64,000 nt of DNA, taken from Salisapilia sapeloensis CBS 127946. Taxonomy: Eukaryota; Protista; Oomycota. Location: the NCBI GenBank assembly GCA_023334545.1, contig JAADVB010000051.1:1-64000 (forward strand), in the 5' to 3' direction. Under the pieces are notes generated by a model. It ran no database searches and had not been told where the DNA came from. It saw only the letters and a program-made list of their open reading frames with translations. Of the stretch, positions 60,285-64,000 are shown one piece after another (positions within the stretch are counted from its first letter, which is position 1; every line of letters starts with the position of its first letter). The position numbers and the translations under genes are program-made.

Positions 60285-60377
60285 GGTCTTTGCCCTCAGA
60301 TCGTGCTCAGATCGAGGTTGTGATTGGATAAAAATCGATGACGATACATTTGTATGGAGTGCAGGACGAAAGAGGTA

Positions 60378-61326
60378 ATGGGAGGAGTATTCTCATCGTC
60401 GAGTGATAAGCACAAGGGTGGACCTAAGTTAAGCCCGCCTCGAGAAGGACGTAAGAAAGTTGCTGCACGTGCTCAAGTCACATCCAAAGACAAGGCAGTG
60501 CTGGAATTAAAAAATGCTCGTGATAAACTGCGGAGGTACCAGCGGCGCCTCGATGTCGAGTCAGATCAGCTTTTACAGCAAGTCAAGCAGCTCTTGGAGT
60601 CCGGAAAAAAGGTATTGGATGCATTGATAGGAGACAAGTCTATATTTAACATCGATTGTCTTGTATGCATCAGGATCGAGCCATGTTGGTGTTGAAGATG
60701 AAAAAGTATAAAGAGATACAGATGAAAAAAGCAGACGAGCAGCTTTTGCAGGTCCTTCAAATGGTGGATACGGTCGAGTGGGAGACGCAGCAGTTACAGG
60801 TCTTTAACGGTCTAAAGGCTGGCAACGAAGCACTAAATGCGATTCACGAGGTAGTTGACAGTGAACTTATGAGAGATTATAAAGTAGTAACTTGGGTGGA
60901 TGCGTAGGAGATGACGGTGGAAGACGTGGAGAATCTGATGCTGGAGACAGAGGAAGCACAAGCTACAGAAGATGTATGTCTATCCTTTTTATCAGACACG
61001 ATTGGTTGCATTTATAAATATAAAATGGAAATAGGAAATCAGTCAGCTACTAGGAAGCAATTTGAGTGTCGAAGTGGAAGACGCTGCATTACAAGAGTTG
61101 GAAGAGCTAGAGAAAGAGGAAGCTGCCGAATTGGAGAAGCAGCTGCCAGAAGCACCCACTTCTGCAATTGAAACAGGTATTTTATCCCTCCTTCGTTATG
61201 CCGAAACCCCGTAGTAACTTGGAATTGATAGATGACATCCAAGTGTCGGAAGAGCCGTTTGCACAAGCACCGGCAAGAACGAAGAAGTCTGTTGAAAAGA
61301 AGAGAGAGCCCATCGCCGCTACTTGA
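60378..61326 (+). CDS. CHMP6: ESCRT-III subunit VPS20/CHMP6
   Basis: MGGVFS start, VTSKDKAVLELKNARDKLRRYQRRL, LVLKMKKYKE, VEWETQQLQVFNGLKAGNEALNAIHE, MTVEDVENLMLETEEA. Multi-exon, with TGA at 61324-61326. Confidence 0.92.
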
Positions 61327-61541
61327 TCTAGCTGTAGATAAAACGTATGAACAGGAGACACGTAGCAAGAGAGGCCGAGTACTCTGAGTACCTGTCTTCC
61401 TGTCTACTTCAACTACACTTCAATAGCATTCTTTTCTACCAATCCCCAATCTCTTTTCTTGAATTACGTGTTTGGATTGGTTAAAAATATTACCGACATG
61501 AAAACGGTCAAGTAGAAGAGTCCAAGGCGTCACGGTACGCG

Positions 61542-64000
61542 ATGTCACCTCCACGCGACGTAGGACCTTGTAAAAAAGAGAATCGTCGTGATAATTATCT
61601 TGGAGATACAGAAAAAGGTTATGTAAAAGCGAAGAAAGCTCCGACGACAGTTAGTAGTCTCAAACCGAATGGTCGGTATGGCGAAATCGCCCTCAGTGCC
61701 AATGAAGTCGAGTACTGGAAGCGCCAGGATGAAGAGCGTAGGCGAAAGAAGAGGTTGCAAAGAGTACGAAAGCATGAACGAAATGTTTCGAACGTCATCA
61801 CGAAACGGTATCGAGATAATTTACAAGCATTGCGTAAGAAAAAGCGATCGGAAGCAGAACAGCGGCATTTGGAACAGAAAGAAGTGCTATTGACGGATTT
61901 AATACACAAGTACCAGACAAGTCTTGCGAATGTTGGGTCAGCCCATCGTCAAGCTGGCCAGAAACGTTCGGAATTGTCAGCACAAGCTCAAAAAGAGCGA
62001 CAAAAATGGACTTATAACGATGAAGTGGTGGGGAAGGAGAGATATGACCTTGCGAGTCTTGACGAGAAGCAGCAAGAGCGGATGCGAAATGCGTGGAAAA
62101 AGGAGATTGAAACGAATATGAGAAGAGTAAAGCAGCTAAGTGAAAGACAGCGTATGCATGCACACCAACGTGCAAAACGACAAGATGATCTAGATACAAT
62201 GCAGGAACAAGCACGTCTGGAAGCTTTGAAACGCCATGAAAGGACCATGAAAGAAGAAGTACATTCGATGCCACGACGAGAGGCACCTGACGTCTCCGCC
62301 TACAGATTCTCCCGTATGCATTCCGAGTCACGACCGTCGGATCTTCCATCTCGTACGAAGGAAGTAAAGGTCGTACGGCATATTGGTGCGAAACGAAATG
62401 CTGCAAGTGAAGCGGAGCAATTGACGACAGAATTGGATCAACAGCGAGAGCAGCAACGTCTAGAAGAAGAGGAGCGGACCATGACAGCGGAAGAAAGAGG
62501 GAGTAGAGCGAGGAGGCACGTCGAGTCTGAACGCGAGGGTGCAAAGGTCATGGCGTGGTTAGCAGAACAGGATCGAGCAGAGAGACAGCAGCAGACTTCG
62601 GCATATGGTATTCATTCTTTTGGAAGAGATGAAAGGAGGTCGAGTCGTGGAGAATCAGAGTTTGAAAGAGCTTTTGAAATAACATCTGCGGATGGACAAT
62701 TGTCTGAGCTGTCTGTCGTAGAAGAGGAGAGTAAATGTTCGTCGGCCGAAGGAGTATCAAAAATTGATGTGAAGACTAGTGTGGACAGGTCTCCATTAAA
62801 TGTGGACGCATCTGCTTCTCCGATGGTTTTAAATGAAGAAGAGCGTATCGACGATAGTAGAGTAATATCAGAAGGAGAGAGTGTGGTACAGTTGTCTCCA
62901 TCGACGCCGCCAAAAGAAGTAATAGATCCAGCGATGCGACGCTGGATGGATGAGGTACGAGATCTAGAGCAAATTCTTCGAGAACAGGAAGAGAGGGAAA
63001 TGGGCAAACTATCAGCAGGTCTAGTGGAGGAGAAACCTCCTCATCCAGAAGAAAGAGATAAGGCAGATGATGCTCTAGATGAAGAACTGTCCAGTGGTAA
63101 AAGCAGTCTTTCAAGCTTTAAAAGGTCCGTCGTGTCTGCTCATGAGGTAGAAGAAGAGAGACAACCTGCTTCTAGTTCTGGACCTTACAGCGAGTCCAAA
63201 GCATCTTCAAAAAGCTCTTATAGCCAGAGGTCACAGCTTAGCCAAGAACAGGATGCACAAGTCGATGAAGCTAGCGATGCTAATGTACCTATGGCCGTGT
63301 CTAAGGGTAATGATACACCGCAGTCTAGTAGACAGGATCCTACTTCTCCAATGCCTCAACTGCATTCACCTCCACTATATGAACAGGGAGAGACAGATGA
63401 ACTGCATCAATCAGCTCCATTATCTTCTAACGCTTCGAATAAGAGCAGTATTAGTCAAAAACTAAGCACTCGGTTACCTAGCAGTACTAGTCAGAAGCTA
63501 GGCTCCAAAGTACCTAGTAGTCTTTCCCAACAGTCCATCCATCAACTTCCGATGGAGACATCCAACGCTGCAAGTGATCACTTTAGCTCTGCAGCACTGT
63601 CGAGTCATTCATCTGCTACTGACGATGACGTTATACCTCGTCTGCCATCTCGATTCGGGCACTTTGCGACACCAGAGCTTAGCTTGTCAGATCTTTCTCG
63701 TGAGGGAGATGACGATGCAAAAGAAGAGTCGACGAAAGCGTCAGGCAGCTTTCAACAGCACTCGATCCCATCTGCCTTCGCCTCATCATCGGCTTCACAT
63801 GACATTTTGTCGAATTTTCAGGAGCAACATGCTTCTGGTAGCAATCTAAATCAACCAGAAGAGTTGAATGAATCGGGAGTTACGACGGATGGACTTGCTC
63901 CTGACTATGCCGGACTGTCCTATGTGAGGCAAATGGATCATCACAACTATCCTGGTCCTACGTACTCCAGCTCATCTGCGTCATCCAAACAGTACTCTTT
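61542..64000 (+). CDS. Large coiled-coil/low-complexity protein with CEP295/Ana1-like N-terminus, runs off window
   Basis: Frame from ATG 61542 had no stop in any segment I translated and is open at nt 64000. It is absent from the ORF track, consistent with no in-window stop. N-terminus: IALSANEVEYWKRQDEERRRKKRLQRVRKHER...HKYQTSLANVGSAHRQA. Confidence 0.75.
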   Translation, partial: MSPPRDVGPCKKENRRDNYLGDTEKGYVKAKKAPTTVSSLKPNGRYGEIALSANEVEYWKRQDEERRRKKRLQRVRKHERNVSNVITKRYRDNLQALRKKKRSEAEQRHLEQKEVLLTDLIHKYQTSLANVGSAHRQAGQKRSELSAQAQKERQKWTYNDEVVGKERYDLASLDEKQQERMRNAWKKEIETNMRRVKQLSERQRMHAHQRAKRQDDLDTMQEQARLEALKRHERTMKEEVHSMPRREAPDVSAYRFSRMHSESRPSDLPSRTKEVKVVRHIGAKRNAASEAEQLTTELDQQREQQRLEEEERTMTAEERGSRARRHVESEREGAKVMAWLAEQDRAERQQQTSAYGIHSFGRDERRSSRGESEFERAFEITSADGQLSELSVVEEESKCSSAEGVSKIDVKTSVDRSPLNVDASASPMVLNEEERIDDSRVISEGESVVQLSPSTPPKEVIDPAMRRWMDEVRDLEQILREQEEREMGKLSAGLVEEKPPHPEERDKADDALDEELSSGKSSLSSFKRSVVSAHEVEEERQPASSSGPYSESKASSKSSYSQRSQLSQEQDAQVDEASDANVPMAVSKGNDTPQSSRQDPTSPMPQLHSPPLYEQGETDELHQSAPLSSNASNKSSISQKLSTRLPSSTSQKLGSKVPSSLSQQSIHQLPMETSNAASDHFSSAALSSHSSATDDDVIPRLPSRFGHFATPELSLSDLSREGDDDAKEESTKASGSFQQHSIPSAFASSSASHDILSNFQEQHASGSNLNQPEELNESGVTTDGLAPDYAGLSYVRQMDHHNYPGPTYSSSSASSKQYS

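Noticed and set aside
61798-63114. Minus-strand ORFs (248 aa, 131 aa, 112 aa) offered by the ORF track
   Set aside because: Antisense to the long plus-strand frame from 61542, which has coherent coiled-coil coding composition.

Overview
Eukaryotic, gene-dense genomic DNA, most likely from an oomycete or related stramenopile. Support: about 33 genes in 64 kb, short GT-AG introns of about 50-60 nt, oomycete-type protein families, and centriole/flagellar genes. The species cannot be determined from sequence alone. Recognisable housekeeping genes are COG4 (5' truncated), WDR43/UTP5, importin-9, dynactin p25, STPG1-like, ADPRM, ATP synthase subunit f, bacterial-type FadH, UBR7, a MyTH4-FERM myosin, LYAR, HisHF, an SV2-like MFS transporter, acetyl-CoA synthetase, a CNNM/DUF21-CBS protein, signal peptide peptidase, an ankyrin protein, PI4K-beta, GNPTAB and VPS20/CHMP6. 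No rRNA, tRNA, CRISPR array or intact transposon was seen. The most notable items are: (1) a protein of two tandem prokaryote-type ParB/Srx-fold domains resembling free-serine kinases (SerK/SbnI family); (2) a long ORF missing from the ORF track (61542 to past the window end) whose N-terminus resembles centriolar CEP295/Ana1; (3) a complete GNPTAB architecture with a shifted candidate site-1-protease site; (4) a SPOC-domain protein with SP/RS-rich tandem repeats; (5) a myosin with degenerate motor motifs; (6) two decayed loci, a triad-less trypsin/GIP-like pseudogene and a six-repeat helicase-associated (HA) domain pseudogene in a gene-poor island. All family assignments come from motif recognition, not database searches.
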